Shown here one piece after another: positions 49,194 to 58,745 of a DNA stretch of 64,000 bases (position 1 is the first letter of the stretch; the number at the start of each line of letters is the position of its first letter). The notes under the pieces are model-generated. The model ran no database searches. It was not told where the DNA came from and was given only the letters and a program-made list of their open reading frames with translations. Source of the stretch: a virus; IMG/VR virus record IMGVR_UViG_3300032046_006283, positions 1-64,000 of that record, one strand, 5' to 3'. Made by a program: the position numbers and the translations under genes.

Positions 49194-50003
49194 TTAACTT
49201 TCACTATTATATTTTTCCATCGTCTCTATATTCTTTAATACAAGTTTTTCAACACTTTCCGAAACAGTTTTAATACCAAAATAATCATCAGGCCTTTTCG
49301 GAGCTTCAAAATATAAATCGTGTGTTTCTTTAATATCAATATCATTCAAAGCACATATAAACGCTTTTGAAGAATCAGCACTTCTAATAAATTCAAAACG
49401 TTTCAAATACTTAATCTCAATAGGATGTCCTCCTATACCAAGACAATGAAATTGTTTATTATATTTTGAGAAATTAAAATGTTTATTCAAATAACTTATA
49501 ACTGCAATCCTTAATAAACTTTTAGGAATACCCCACGCTCGAAATGCTTCATTTATAGCACCATATGAAAAACCTATAGTATCTACTTCATTCATTTGTA
49601 ATAACTCTAAAAAACATTTTTCATACTCATCAATAGTTTTTCCTTGAGGAACTGCCATTAAACTTAATGACTGAATAATTGATGATGTGTTATTTGATAA
49701 TTCATTCAGAGCTTCTTTCACACGTTGAATAGTTATTGCACCATCAAGATAACAATCTGGTAAAACTAATTCTTTAGCCCAAACCAATTCAGTTGCTTTA
49801 ATAACATCATCTAAAGGAAAAGCATTACCATATTCAAAAGCACCATTATCCATTATAATAAAATCATTTCTGAAACTTTTTTCTCGATACACCTCTTCAT
49901 ACTGCTTGTTTTTCAAAACTTCAGGTGCAATTAAAAGATGTATAGTAGAATTTTGAGTACACATTCTTACATAATTTACAGGAACAATATGACAAATCTT
50001 CAT
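49194..50003 (-). CDS. TGT-fold protein (DpdA-like deazaguanine transglycosylase)
   Basis: IIMDNGAFE, LVLPD, MAVPQG, FHCLG, RSADSS parallel the TGT motifs DSGGF/QG/HxLG/D. Confidence 0.7.
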   Translation of the reverse strand: MKICHIVPVNYVRMCTQNSTIHLLIAPEVLKNKQYEEVYREKSFRNDFIIMDNGAFEYGNAFPLDDVIKATELVWAKELVLPDCYLDGAITIQRVKEALNELSNNTSSIIQSLSLMAVPQGKTIDEYEKCFLELLQMNEVDTIGFSYGAINEAFRAWGIPKSLLRIAVISYLNKHFNFSKYNKQFHCLGIGGHPIEIKYLKRFEFIRSADSSKAFICALNDIDIKETHDLYFEAPKRPDDYFGIKTVSESVEKLVLKNIETMEKYNSES

Positions 50004-50004
50004 T

Positions 50005-50541
50005 TTAAAACTCCTTGCAAATAATATCTTCAATATGTTTAACTCTTTCTTCAACAGAGCCTCTTATTATAAAGTAATTAGGATACAATGAATAAAAAGT
50101 CTCTAATAATTTTTGTATCTCACTATCAATAGTTTTTTGATACTCAATATCTTCAGCTCTAACACCATCCCTAACTAATGGAAATTCTATTGGAAGGTAA
50201 AAAACAAAATCTGCAAAATGTTGTGCTTCTAATTGACACAATGCAAATAATAATCTCAATACATAATCAGGTAATTTATTATTTACTGCATAAGCAGTTT
50301 GCCGTATTATAGAACTTACAGAAATAAAATCTTGTTTTGTATTTGTATTTAATTGATTCAAATACCTTCTAATTGTTGTTAACTGACTTTCTATGTCATT
50401 AGTTTTATTTATTTGAAATCCTTCTTGCTGTGCATTACGATGAATACCATCAATAAGGTGTAAAGAAGGATGTCTCTTTTGAATTTCCTTTGCTAAAACT
50501 GATTTACCTGTTCCTTGAGCACCTACTAATAAAATTTTCAT
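50005..50541 (-). CDS. P-loop nucleotide kinase-like protein (AAA_28/dNMP kinase-like)
   Basis: GAQGTGKS, FYLPIEFPLVRDGVR, GSVEERV. Confidence 0.72.
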   Translation of the reverse strand: MKILLVGAQGTGKSVLAKEIQKRHPSLHLIDGIHRNAQQEGFQINKTNDIESQLTTIRRYLNQLNTNTKQDFISVSSIIRQTAYAVNNKLPDYVLRLLFALCQLEAQHFADFVFYLPIEFPLVRDGVRAEDIEYQKTIDSEIQKLLETFYSLYPNYFIIRGSVEERVKHIEDIICKEF

Positions 50542-50553
50542 ATTTTTTCCTTC

Positions 50554-50997
50554 TTAAACAATTCCTATAATATTTGGAAATAATATCATTAACTCTCTTA
50601 AAAAAGAGTCTTGAGAATCAGAAATATGAATAGCATTAGCTGGTAATTTTGAACCAAATAATTGTCTAATTGTTCCTTCTTCTGCTTTTTCTGGATCAGT
50701 ATCACCCGCAAGTCTTCTTAAATTAGAAATGAATTGAGAATATGAAATACCCGAAGTATCTTCAACAACTAAAACTAAAACAGGATCAGAACTCATATAT
50801 CTAACATTACGTTCAAAAAAATCTTTTCCTTTATGTTCTTGATAAAACTCACAAGCCCTTTCATAACTTAATAGCATTGTTTGTGCAATTGTAATACGAC
50901 TTTTTCCTAACCATTCTATTATTGCAATTATTCTTCCAACATTACCTTCTTTAACTGCATCTGGTTTAATAATACATAAACATAAACATTTAGACAT
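50554..50997 (-). CDS. ndk: Nucleoside diphosphate kinase
   Basis: IIKPDAV, FYQEHKGKDFF, GTIR, NAIHISDS. Confidence 0.93.
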   Translation of the reverse strand: MSKCLCLCIIKPDAVKEGNVGRIIAIIEWLGKSRITIAQTMLLSYERACEFYQEHKGKDFFERNVRYMSSDPVLVLVVEDTSGISYSQFISNLRRLAGDTDPEKAEEGTIRQLFGSKLPANAIHISDSQDSFLRELMILFPNIIGIV

Positions 50998-51009
50998 TTT
51001 TATTTCTCC

Positions 51010-51375
51010 TCACGATGATATCTCATCTAATTTTGAACCTTCCACCCAAAGGTTTCCTTCTCTATCCTTATAAGCAATTATATGTTCAATAAAAACACTA
51101 TGAGCAACGTAAACAAAAAGATTAACTTCACCTAACTTTTTCAATTCACTTTCTGGAATCTCTTTTGTTTCATTTGTAGGAAAATATAAATCCTTGCCAC
51201 CTAAATCTAATATATTTAATCCAGTTTCTTCATAAAATTGATCCACATTATCCCATCCACCTTCTTGAGCATATAATTCTGCTCCTCCTCCCATTTCTGA
51301 TAATATTTTAACCATTTCCATTTTTATTCCTCTTTTCTTATAGATCTCTGTGATGTCCAGGTTGAGGATTCCCAA
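51010..51375 (-). CDS. Hypothetical protein
   Basis: Acidic ORF; probable start near 51321. Confidence 0.45.
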   Translation of the reverse strand: MGILNLDITEIYKKRGIKMEMVKILSEMGGGAELYAQEGGWDNVDQFYEETGLNILDLGGKDLYFPTNETKEIPESELKKLGEVNLFVYVAHSVFIEHIIAYKDREGNLWVEGSKLDEISS

Positions 51376-51436
51376 AAAATAATTTACAACAGAACTGATA
51401 TAAACAACACTTGATCATCATCTCCTTATTCAAATT

Positions 51437-51772
51437 TTAAAATTTACTCGGGAAAATTGATATTGGAAAAGTAAGTATCATATAAACTATGCATAACATA
51501 AATATTCCCATAATTGGTAAAAATATTCTACCGAACCAATCATTTTCTATTTCATATTCCTTCGGTGGAAATGGTGGGAAATCATCGTCACCAATTAATC
51601 CAGCAACTACAGCAGCTGCAGTAAACTCAGTCCCGCTATAGATACTATATAGAAGTTGAAACGCTTTTGGTATAAATGCTGATGAAATCAGAAGAACTCC
51701 GAATGCACTTACTAGTAAAAATATAAATATCAATGATACTCCCATAGCTATTTCTAAAATATGCCAAATCAT
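51437..51772 (-). CDS. Membrane protein
   Basis: Hydrophobic segments; AGGAGG RBS. Confidence 0.55.
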   Translation of the reverse strand: MIWHILEIAMGVSLIFIFLLVSAFGVLLISSAFIPKAFQLLYSIYSGTEFTAAAVVAGLIGDDDFPPFPPKEYEIENDWFGRIFLPIMGIFMLCIVYMILTFPISIFPSKF

Positions 51773-51789
51773 TTCATAACCTCCTTTAC

Positions 51790-52356
51790 TTATTTATCCA
51801 CTATTTTAAATACACCTTTTTCAATCTTCTGAATTCTATACTTTTTCTTTAACTGCTGAATAATTCCATAAATAGTGCGATACTCCATTTTTAATATTTT
51901 CACCATTTCTTTCACTGGAGTTCCTTTTTTAAGTTCTTCAAGAATTTGTTGATTCTCAAATTTACCAGTTTTATTCCTATTTTCTTTTTTAGAACCTTCT
52001 TCCACTTCTTCAGTTTCCGGTACTTTTTTTAATTGCAGAATATACTTTTCAGAAACTTCATCATCATGTGAAATCTTAGCACCAGTTAATATAGAATTAA
52101 CATTCTTAACTGAAGGTAATGTTTGAAGGTCAGTAGCCTCCAAAGGATAATCTGGATCTAAAAATAATTCAGTTCCCCAAGAAGTATATACAACAACCTT
52201 TTTAAGAATACCCTCAGAATCATTTTCACGCCTTAAAATTTGAACCGGATAAAAACCCCAAAGACATTCTTTCTTGTTATTATCAAGTTGTTTACCACCT
52301 CTTGTTAAATAAATAGATCCTAATTGTGCGTCTTTTGCTGCAATTTTTTCTGCCAT
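51790..52356 (-). CDS. Protein with C-terminal winged-HTH-like domain
   Basis: ILEELKKGTPVKEMVKILKMEYRTIYGII; own promoter motif and GGAGG RBS. Confidence 0.55.
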   Translation of the reverse strand: MAEKIAAKDAQLGSIYLTRGGKQLDNNKKECLWGFYPVQILRRENDSEGILKKVVVYTSWGTELFLDPDYPLEATDLQTLPSVKNVNSILTGAKISHDDEVSEKYILQLKKVPETEEVEEGSKKENRNKTGKFENQQILEELKKGTPVKEMVKILKMEYRTIYGIIQQLKKKYRIQKIEKGVFKIVDK

Positions 52357-52376
52357 AACTATACCTCCTCTTACAA

Positions 52377-52391
52377 TATATTATACACAAA
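52377..52391 (-). promoter_or_regulatory. Phage promoter-like motif TTTGTGTATAATATA
   Basis: Identical to 45202-45216; just upstream of a GAGGAGG RBS. Confidence 0.6.
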
Positions 52392-52435
52392 TTCAAAGGT
52401 ATAGTTGCATATTATTTTATACAATCTATATCTTT

Positions 52436-53527
52436 TCAATTTTCATTCAAAAAATGTTTTGTAAGCATTGATAATATTCTACCACCAATCGCTTGCAGTT
52501 GTAAAGAACTTCTCCATTCATATTTTTTACTACAATCAGTCACTCTATTATAAGCATCATAAACATTAACATCAGTAGCTTCCGGTTCTTTTTGACCTTC
52601 TGCAAACAATTGTCTATTATAAGATCTCTTAAAATCAACTAAATGAAGAATTGTTTTTCGTCCTTCTTCATCTTTTCCTATAACAGAATCGGCTTGTTCT
52701 TTACCCGCAATTCGATTAACAGCTTTCCAAACACTCTCAACTTGAAAATCAGTCAAAGAAGTTTCTGGTATTTTACTATAAACAGTACTTAGTCTTTCAA
52801 CGTTCACTTTTAAATTTTGAACATTCTGCATGAAATATTGAAAATCTTTATTCAAAGAAATATTCTTATTCGAATCCCTTCTTACACATCCCCAATCGCT
52901 TGTCATCGTAGCACCATTCTGGCAAGTAAGTCTGTAAAGATAAAGACGTGCCATCGCATCTCTATCTCCAGTATCTGAATTTAAAATACGAAAACCTATT
53001 TTTGTAATATCTCCAACTTTCGGTTCTAAAGGTTTTATTGCTGAATTTATTACATTAAGGTCAAAACCACGAGGCCCTATTCTCATTGATTCCCATTCAA
53101 TGGTAGTCATATTCTTAAAAAGTTTGTCAATTTCTGTCAAAAATTCTTTATTAGGAAAAGGTCTATATTTTGACTTAACAATATTTACAATTTCATTTTC
53201 TTTTCCTATAAGAAGAATTATACCTTCATCTTTTTTCTCTCGAAGTAACCGAGTAATATTCTTCTGTAACAAATCGATCGGAATCTTTCTTGCAAATGGA
53301 TCTGGAATTTGTAAAAACCTACAAAGAGATTGTAAACTCCATTGCGTCATCTTTCTAATGTTAGTATCTACAATTAAATTAGCAATACCATCTAAAGAAA
53401 CCTGAATGTCAGCAAAAGACACCTTCTGAGAAGTGGTATCAAATGGCTCAATTGATTGCAGTGCATTTTCCATATTTAACACATTTACACATTCTTTTTC
53501 TGGTGCAAAATCTAATTCTTCATACAT
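52436..53527 (-). CDS. DUF932/DUF945-like protein
   Basis: VKSKYRPFPN, GFRILNSDTG, LYRLTCQNG, YDAYNRVT. Confidence 0.7.
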   Translation of the reverse strand: MYEELDFAPEKECVNVLNMENALQSIEPFDTTSQKVSFADIQVSLDGIANLIVDTNIRKMTQWSLQSLCRFLQIPDPFARKIPIDLLQKNITRLLREKKDEGIILLIGKENEIVNIVKSKYRPFPNKEFLTEIDKLFKNMTTIEWESMRIGPRGFDLNVINSAIKPLEPKVGDITKIGFRILNSDTGDRDAMARLYLYRLTCQNGATMTSDWGCVRRDSNKNISLNKDFQYFMQNVQNLKVNVERLSTVYSKIPETSLTDFQVESVWKAVNRIAGKEQADSVIGKDEEGRKTILHLVDFKRSYNRQLFAEGQKEPEATDVNVYDAYNRVTDCSKKYEWRSSLQLQAIGGRILSMLTKHFLNEN

Positions 53528-53589
53528 ACAAAATCCTCCTTTTACTTTTAAATACACAAATTTTTTCCAAAACCAAACAATTATATTAA

Positions 53590-54351
53590 TTATTTTACTT
53601 TAACTTTCATTAACTCTTTAACAATTATATTTTTATTATTCAAAATATCACTTTCCCAAAACCTCAATACTATAAATCCATTTTCTTTTGCTAATTGCTC
53701 ATTTTTAATATCTCTTTCTTTTTGTTTTAATTGTATTTCATTTAATTTACTATAAATTTTCGGATTACCATGCCAGTAATCTCCATCTACTTCTACTAAA
53801 ACGTTAGTGTTCAAAAAATGAAAATCTGCTAAATGGCTACCTACACAGTATTGTTTTTCATAAGGAATGTTCAAAAATATTAGTATCTCTTCCATTTTAA
53901 GTTCAGGTTTAGTATCTTTGTAAGGACCTTTATAATTTTGAAATTGAAATAATGTTTTTTCGCGTATTTTATTTTTTGTTCTTTCAGAAAGTTTTCTTCC
54001 TTTAAGTTTTTCACTTCCCTTTTTTATTCTTTCATCTGTTTCCTTTGTTAATCCTTTATTCCAAGCTTTACGCTCCATATTCGCAATACTTATTTTTTTC
54101 TTTATAACATCAGAAAGGGGTTTCCTTTTTTTACCTTTTTTTAAATTGCTTAATTTTTTTCTTGTATCATTAGAACGTTTTTGACCTGTATTTGCAATTT
54201 TTATTTTTTTAATTACTTCAGGGCGATTCATTACCTCTTTTGTATGATTACTTATTAACTTTTTTATTTCATTTGCTTTTTCAGTTCCAAATATTTCTTC
54301 AAAAGTTTTACCTTTATTCCATGGAATATGCCCCTTTATATATTTACTCAT
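53590..54351 (-). CDS. NUMOD3 + Vsr/DUF559-like homing-type endonuclease
   Basis: GHIPWNKG, AWNKGLTKET, TKPE...ADF...VEVDGDYWHG...LRFWESDI. Confidence 0.82.
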   Translation of the reverse strand: MSKYIKGHIPWNKGKTFEEIFGTEKANEIKKLISNHTKEVMNRPEVIKKIKIANTGQKRSNDTRKKLSNLKKGKKRKPLSDVIKKKISIANMERKAWNKGLTKETDERIKKGSEKLKGRKLSERTKNKIREKTLFQFQNYKGPYKDTKPELKMEEILIFLNIPYEKQYCVGSHLADFHFLNTNVLVEVDGDYWHGNPKIYSKLNEIQLKQKERDIKNEQLAKENGFIVLRFWESDILNNKNIIVKELMKVKVK

Positions 54352-56873
54352 CCCTTCTCCTTTAATTCTACCAATTTACCCCATCTATCACCTACAGAAA
54401 TATCAACACCCATCTTAACACGAATAGGACCTGCTATAGTATCATAGCCTCTTGCAACTTCCTCTTTTATTATTTTAATAAAATTATCTTTTTCTTCTAT
54501 TGGAACTTCATAAATTAAAGAGTCATGAATAGTAAGAACTAATTTTGCTTTACTCTTTATTTGTTTTAAACGATTATAAATTCTAATGCCAGTTATAGCA
54601 GTAATATCAGCAGCCATCCCTTGTATTGGACTATTAACAGCTTGCCTCATTGCATCACTTCGTTCTTTTCTATCATGCATATCCATATTATCATTCCAAG
54701 GAATTTGTGCTGCAGGAAGTCTTCTAATTCTTCCAAAAGCGTTTCTTACTTCACCATATTTTTGAGCTACTTTTTGAATATTAAATATCCATTCCTTTGC
54801 TTTTGGATATCGATCAAAAAATACTTTTCTAATATATTCAGCTTCTTTTTCTGTCATTCCATGCTCTTCTGCTAAACTTTTTGCACCACGGCCAAACATA
54901 ATTCCAAATACAGAGTTTTTTGCTTGCTGCCTTTCCTCTTTTGTAATCGTTTCTATTTTCTTACCAAAACAAACAGATGCTGTTTGTTTATGAATATCAA
55001 TACCAGATTTTATATCTTCAGTCATTTTTGGATCGTTAGAATAATGGCCCCAGCATCTAAATTCTGCTTGCCTTTGATCAATTTCTACTAAAACACATCC
55101 AGAATTAGGTATAAAACATTCTTTAATTTCACTGCCTCGAGGAATGTTTTGAAGATTAGGATTCGTACTCGAAAGTCTACCAGTTACTGTTCCATCTACA
55201 TGATAATCTGTATGAATTCTACCATTCTCATCTACTCTATTAAGCATTCCTATAACATAAGTACTATATAATTTACTTAAATCACGATGTTCTTTCAATT
55301 TAGTTAATTCTGGAGAGTATTCTACTAAAACATCTAAAGTTTCTGCATCTGTAGATAAATTCCCTTTTTTAGTTTCTTTTACCGGTTCAAGTCCAAGAAC
55401 ATCAAATAACAATATTCGTAATTGTGTAGGAGAATTCATATTAAAAACAATAGGTCTTACATATTTTTGCACATATTGTTCTTTAGTAAGTTTTGATTTT
55501 ATTTTTAAACTATCATACTTCTTTTCAACTTTTTTCGCAGCAATATCCCACAATCTTTTTTCAGTAATGTTCACTGCGTCTGTTTCTCTAAATTCTTTTT
55601 CAATGACTTTTAAACGTTCTGAATATTTAACTTCCAATTCTCTAAGGCGCTCTATATCTAATCGGACGCCATCATATTCAGTATCTATTAATACTTTCTG
55701 AAATGGTATGGTAATCTTGTTAAGCAGCCTCATTAATCCTTGTTCTTCAAGCATTGGCTTAAATTTCTTATAACAACAAAAAGTTGCATCAGCATCCATC
55801 GCAGAATATTTCCAAAGAATATCATTTGGAATAATTGCATAAGAAATATTTTTTGTTGTTAAATATTTATCCAACACATCTTCATATCGCCCCATATCAG
55901 GGAAATAGCGCAAGACCATAGGAGTTAATCCATGTCCTTCTCTTCCTGCATTCTCATCTAAAAGATGATGCGCAAGCATTGTATCAAACGCAAAATTATT
56001 TACTTCAATCCCAAAAGTTCTTAAAAACTGAATATCAAATGATAAATTTTGTCCTATTTTATAAACATTATTTTCTAACACTTTTTTTAGTTCACTCACT
56101 ACATATTCTTTTTCTTCGGAGTTCCAAAACTCTTGACAATATTGTTGCAATATAGGCAAAACTACTCCTGTTCTTTCTTTCCAAGAAAAACTACAACACA
56201 AAATTTTATCTTTTTTAGGATCTAAACCACTTGTTTCTAAATCCAAAGTAAAAGCTTCAGCACTGTTTAATTTCTCAAAAAGTGTTTTAGCTTTCTTTAT
56301 CGTATTCGCAACTACATATTTTGCAGGTTCTGGTTCTACAGGATTATTCAACCATTTTAAAACATTTCTTAAATGGTCTATCATTGTCTCTTGCATTCCT
56401 AAATTTCTACAAATATATGCGGGGTGATAAGTAGGCATTATCCAACAATTATATTTATCACTCCAATAACGAGATCCTGCATATTTTGTAATACCATCTA
56501 AATTAAGTAAATATTGAAGAGCAACATTACCTAAAGGAACAATAATTTTTGGTTTAGTTATTCTAATATCTTCTTCAAGGTAAGGAACACAAGCATTTAT
56601 TTCTTCTGGTTCGGGGTTTCTATTATCGGGAGGACGACACTTCACTACATTATCAATTCTAAAATCCTCTCTACGTGCTTTTATTAATTGTAAAATAATA
56701 TTAAGGCGCTTACCAGCAGCTCCTACAAAAGGCTCTCCTATTTCGTCTTCTTCTACTCCTGGGGCTTCTCCAATTAACATTATATTAGCGGGAGTAGGAC
56801 CTATACCTTTAATACAAGAGTTTTTACACTCTTTAAATAAAGAACACTTATTACAATTCATATACTTTACCAA
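54348..56873 (-). CDS. polA: Family A DNA polymerase with N-terminal family-4 uracil-DNA glycosylase and 3'-5' exonuclease domains
   Basis: IGEAPG..ED..GEPFVG, CRPPDNR, YHPA; DLETSG; TGRLSSTNPNLQNIP, RQQAKNSVFGIMFG, TIHDSL. Confidence 0.93.
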   Translation of the reverse strand: MVKYMNCNKCSLFKECKNSCIKGIGPTPANIMLIGEAPGVEEDEIGEPFVGAAGKRLNIILQLIKARREDFRIDNVVKCRPPDNRNPEPEEINACVPYLEEDIRITKPKIIVPLGNVALQYLLNLDGITKYAGSRYWSDKYNCWIMPTYHPAYICRNLGMQETMIDHLRNVLKWLNNPVEPEPAKYVVANTIKKAKTLFEKLNSAEAFTLDLETSGLDPKKDKILCCSFSWKERTGVVLPILQQYCQEFWNSEEKEYVVSELKKVLENNVYKIGQNLSFDIQFLRTFGIEVNNFAFDTMLAHHLLDENAGREGHGLTPMVLRYFPDMGRYEDVLDKYLTTKNISYAIIPNDILWKYSAMDADATFCCYKKFKPMLEEQGLMRLLNKITIPFQKVLIDTEYDGVRLDIERLRELEVKYSERLKVIEKEFRETDAVNITEKRLWDIAAKKVEKKYDSLKIKSKLTKEQYVQKYVRPIVFNMNSPTQLRILLFDVLGLEPVKETKKGNLSTDAETLDVLVEYSPELTKLKEHRDLSKLYSTYVIGMLNRVDENGRIHTDYHVDGTVTGRLSSTNPNLQNIPRGSEIKECFIPNSGCVLVEIDQRQAEFRCWGHYSNDPKMTEDIKSGIDIHKQTASVCFGKKIETITKEERQQAKNSVFGIMFGRGAKSLAEEHGMTEKEAEYIRKVFFDRYPKAKEWIFNIQKVAQKYGEVRNAFGRIRRLPAAQIPWNDNMDMHDRKERSDAMRQAVNSPIQGMAADITAITGIRIYNRLKQIKSKAKLVLTIHDSLIYEVPIEEKDNFIKIIKEEVARGYDTIAGPIRVKMGVDISVGDRWGKLVELKEKG

Positions 56874-57052
56874 TACTTTTTATCTGCTTTTTTAACTGAC
56901 TTAAAAGGATCAAAATTTAATTCTATCATACGTTCAATCTTATCAAATTCAGCTTGAAGTTCAATATACCGTAAGTATTTACGATATTTAAACGAAAATA
57001 CTATTTTAAACAAATGAATAAGTCGATATAAAATTTTCTTAAATTTATTCAA
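56867..57052 (-). CDS. Small hypothetical protein
   Basis: ORF overlapping the polA start. Confidence 0.35.
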   Translation of the reverse strand: MNKFKKILYRLIHLFKIVFSFKYRKYLRYIELQAEFDKIERMIELNFDPFKSVKKADKKYW

Positions 57053-57223
57053 ACTTAATTTCTATTTTAACTTAAAAAATATTTGTTTCAATGTTTTTAA
57101 ATTAAGATACTTTCTTTCTTTTAAAATCAAAATGAACCTTTTAGTAATTCTATACCACCAATGCCAAAGATAAAAAATAAATCCAATCCAAAATATTAAA
57201 AACACAACGCTTAAATAATACAA

Positions 57224-57430
57224 TTATTTTCCTTCAACAAATTTAGCTTTTTTTGAATCATTTCCAGGAAATCCAGAACCTTTAAAAATAATACCTCCAG
57301 AACCTCCTGTAATAAGACTGGGGATTTTCTCACCACATTGTGAACATTTATCAACATGTTCAACATTCATAGGCATTTCTTTTTCCCATTTAATATTGCA
57401 TTTTTTACAAAAAAATTCATATGTAGCCAT
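57224..57430 (-). CDS. FmdB-family Zn-ribbon protein
   Basis: MATYEFFCKKC...CSQCG...IFKGSGFPGND. Confidence 0.85.
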   Translation of the reverse strand: MATYEFFCKKCNIKWEKEMPMNVEHVDKCSQCGEKIPSLITGGSGGIIFKGSGFPGNDSKKAKFVEGK

Positions 57431-57443
57431 AAAATACCTTTTA

Positions 57444-57674
57444 CTACTTATTCTGGCTGAGTTTATAAGATGCATACATCTTTTGTAAATGTTCTATAAA
57501 TGAAGACAATTCCCTAACTTTAATAAAAAATATTCCAGTGTCAGAATCAGTTACTAAAAGATTCTCTTCTTTTAAATACTTGATAAATCCTTCATGCATT
57601 AATTCAACTCTAAGATCACTATTCTCTGTTGGAGTAATACACAATTCCAATTCTGGAATAAGAGTATTATCCAT
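57444..57674 (-). CDS. Hypothetical protein
   Basis: ORF with AGGAGG RBS. Confidence 0.5.
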   Translation of the reverse strand: MDNTLIPELELCITPTENSDLRVELMHEGFIKYLKEENLLVTDSDTGIFFIKVRELSSFIEHLQKMYASYKLSQNK

Positions 57675-57684
57675 AAGTCACCTC

Positions 57685-58152
57685 CTATTTATTTTTATTT
57701 TCAATTAATTTTTGTTTCAATTTTTCCCAAAAAGCACATGGACTTGCAGCCATTATTTCATATTGCCAAATATTCTTTAACTCAAAAAATTTATCATTCG
57801 CAACACTATCTTCAAGATAGTTTTTAGTCATAAAAGTCCATATAATTAAAATAGAATTAGGATTATTTTCTAAAAATTTCTCTATTCTTCTTCCATAACT
57901 ATCTATTAATCCTGGAGAGCCTAACATTATTCCTCCATAATCTACTACTAAAATATCAAAATTTTCATTATCTAAAGAAAGGTCCCTAAGATCTCTAAAT
58001 ACAAAATCAATCTCCGGCATAAATTCTTTAAAATATTTCTTAATCGTTTTTCTCTCATCTTCTGGAGTTGTTTCTATAATTAATGGCCTCATAAAATCAA
58101 CAAATATTCCAACCGTTAATTTTTTTGTTTTACTTTTTTCTTTTTTACTCAT
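57685..58152 (-). CDS. Hypothetical protein, possibly receiver-like fold
   Basis: FDILVVDY; alternating beta/alpha pattern. Confidence 0.4.
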   Translation of the reverse strand: MSKKEKSKTKKLTVGIFVDFMRPLIIETTPEDERKTIKKYFKEFMPEIDFVFRDLRDLSLDNENFDILVVDYGGIMLGSPGLIDSYGRRIEKFLENNPNSILIIWTFMTKNYLEDSVANDKFFELKNIWQYEIMAASPCAFWEKLKQKLIENKNK

Positions 58153-58295
58153 CTAATTTATCTCCTCTATTTCTTCATATTGAGTATCAAATTTTTGTAG
58201 ATCAATATCTTGGATTATCCCCATTGTTAACATTACTAAATATAAAACGATAAAGTAAATAATAATTCGCTTTAATATTTTTTTAATATTTATTT

Positions 58296-58733
58296 TCATC
58301 TACCACTACTTCCATATCCTTTTTTTCCTCTTTCACTCTTTGAAAGTTTATCAACTTGAATCAACTTAGTTTTTGGTAATCTAAAGAAAATAATTTGAGC
58401 TATCTTATCACCTTTTAAAATTTCCATAGCTTCTGCTTTATTCGAACATTGTGAACTATTCCGAATAAAAATAGACACTTCATTTCTATAACCAGAATCT
58501 ATAACTCCATGATGCACAACTTTACCTTCTTTTCCATAACTACTACGAGTAAAAACTATACCAACCCATCCAGGAGGAATTTCAAAGCACACTCTAGTAT
58601 GTACTTCAGTGCATTTACCAAAAGGAATTATAACATCTTCAGTCGCATACAAATCCCACCCAGCATCATATTCATACGCTTGAGTTGGCAACTTAGCATC
58701 TGGATGTAATAACTTACATTTTACTTTAATCAT
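58296..58733 (-). CDS. dut: dUTPase (trimeric)
   Basis: AGWDLY, RSS, GVIDSGYR, KIAQ, RGKKGYGSSG. Confidence 0.93.
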   Translation of the reverse strand: MIKVKCKLLHPDAKLPTQAYEYDAGWDLYATEDVIIPFGKCTEVHTRVCFEIPPGWVGIVFTRSSYGKEGKVVHHGVIDSGYRNEVSIFIRNSSQCSNKAEAMEILKGDKIAQIIFFRLPKTKLIQVDKLSKSERGKKGYGSSGR

Positions 58734-58745
58734 AATTTTATCCTC

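Noticed and set aside
19513-56873. Inteins or group I introns in terL, recA or polA
   Set aside because: The proteins are of normal length with contiguous motifs, I saw no intein termini, and the endonucleases lie between genes rather than inside them.
2185-58709. All plus-strand ORFs in the ORF track
   Set aside because: They are short, antisense to well-supported minus-strand genes and show no recognisable motifs; they are shadow ORFs.
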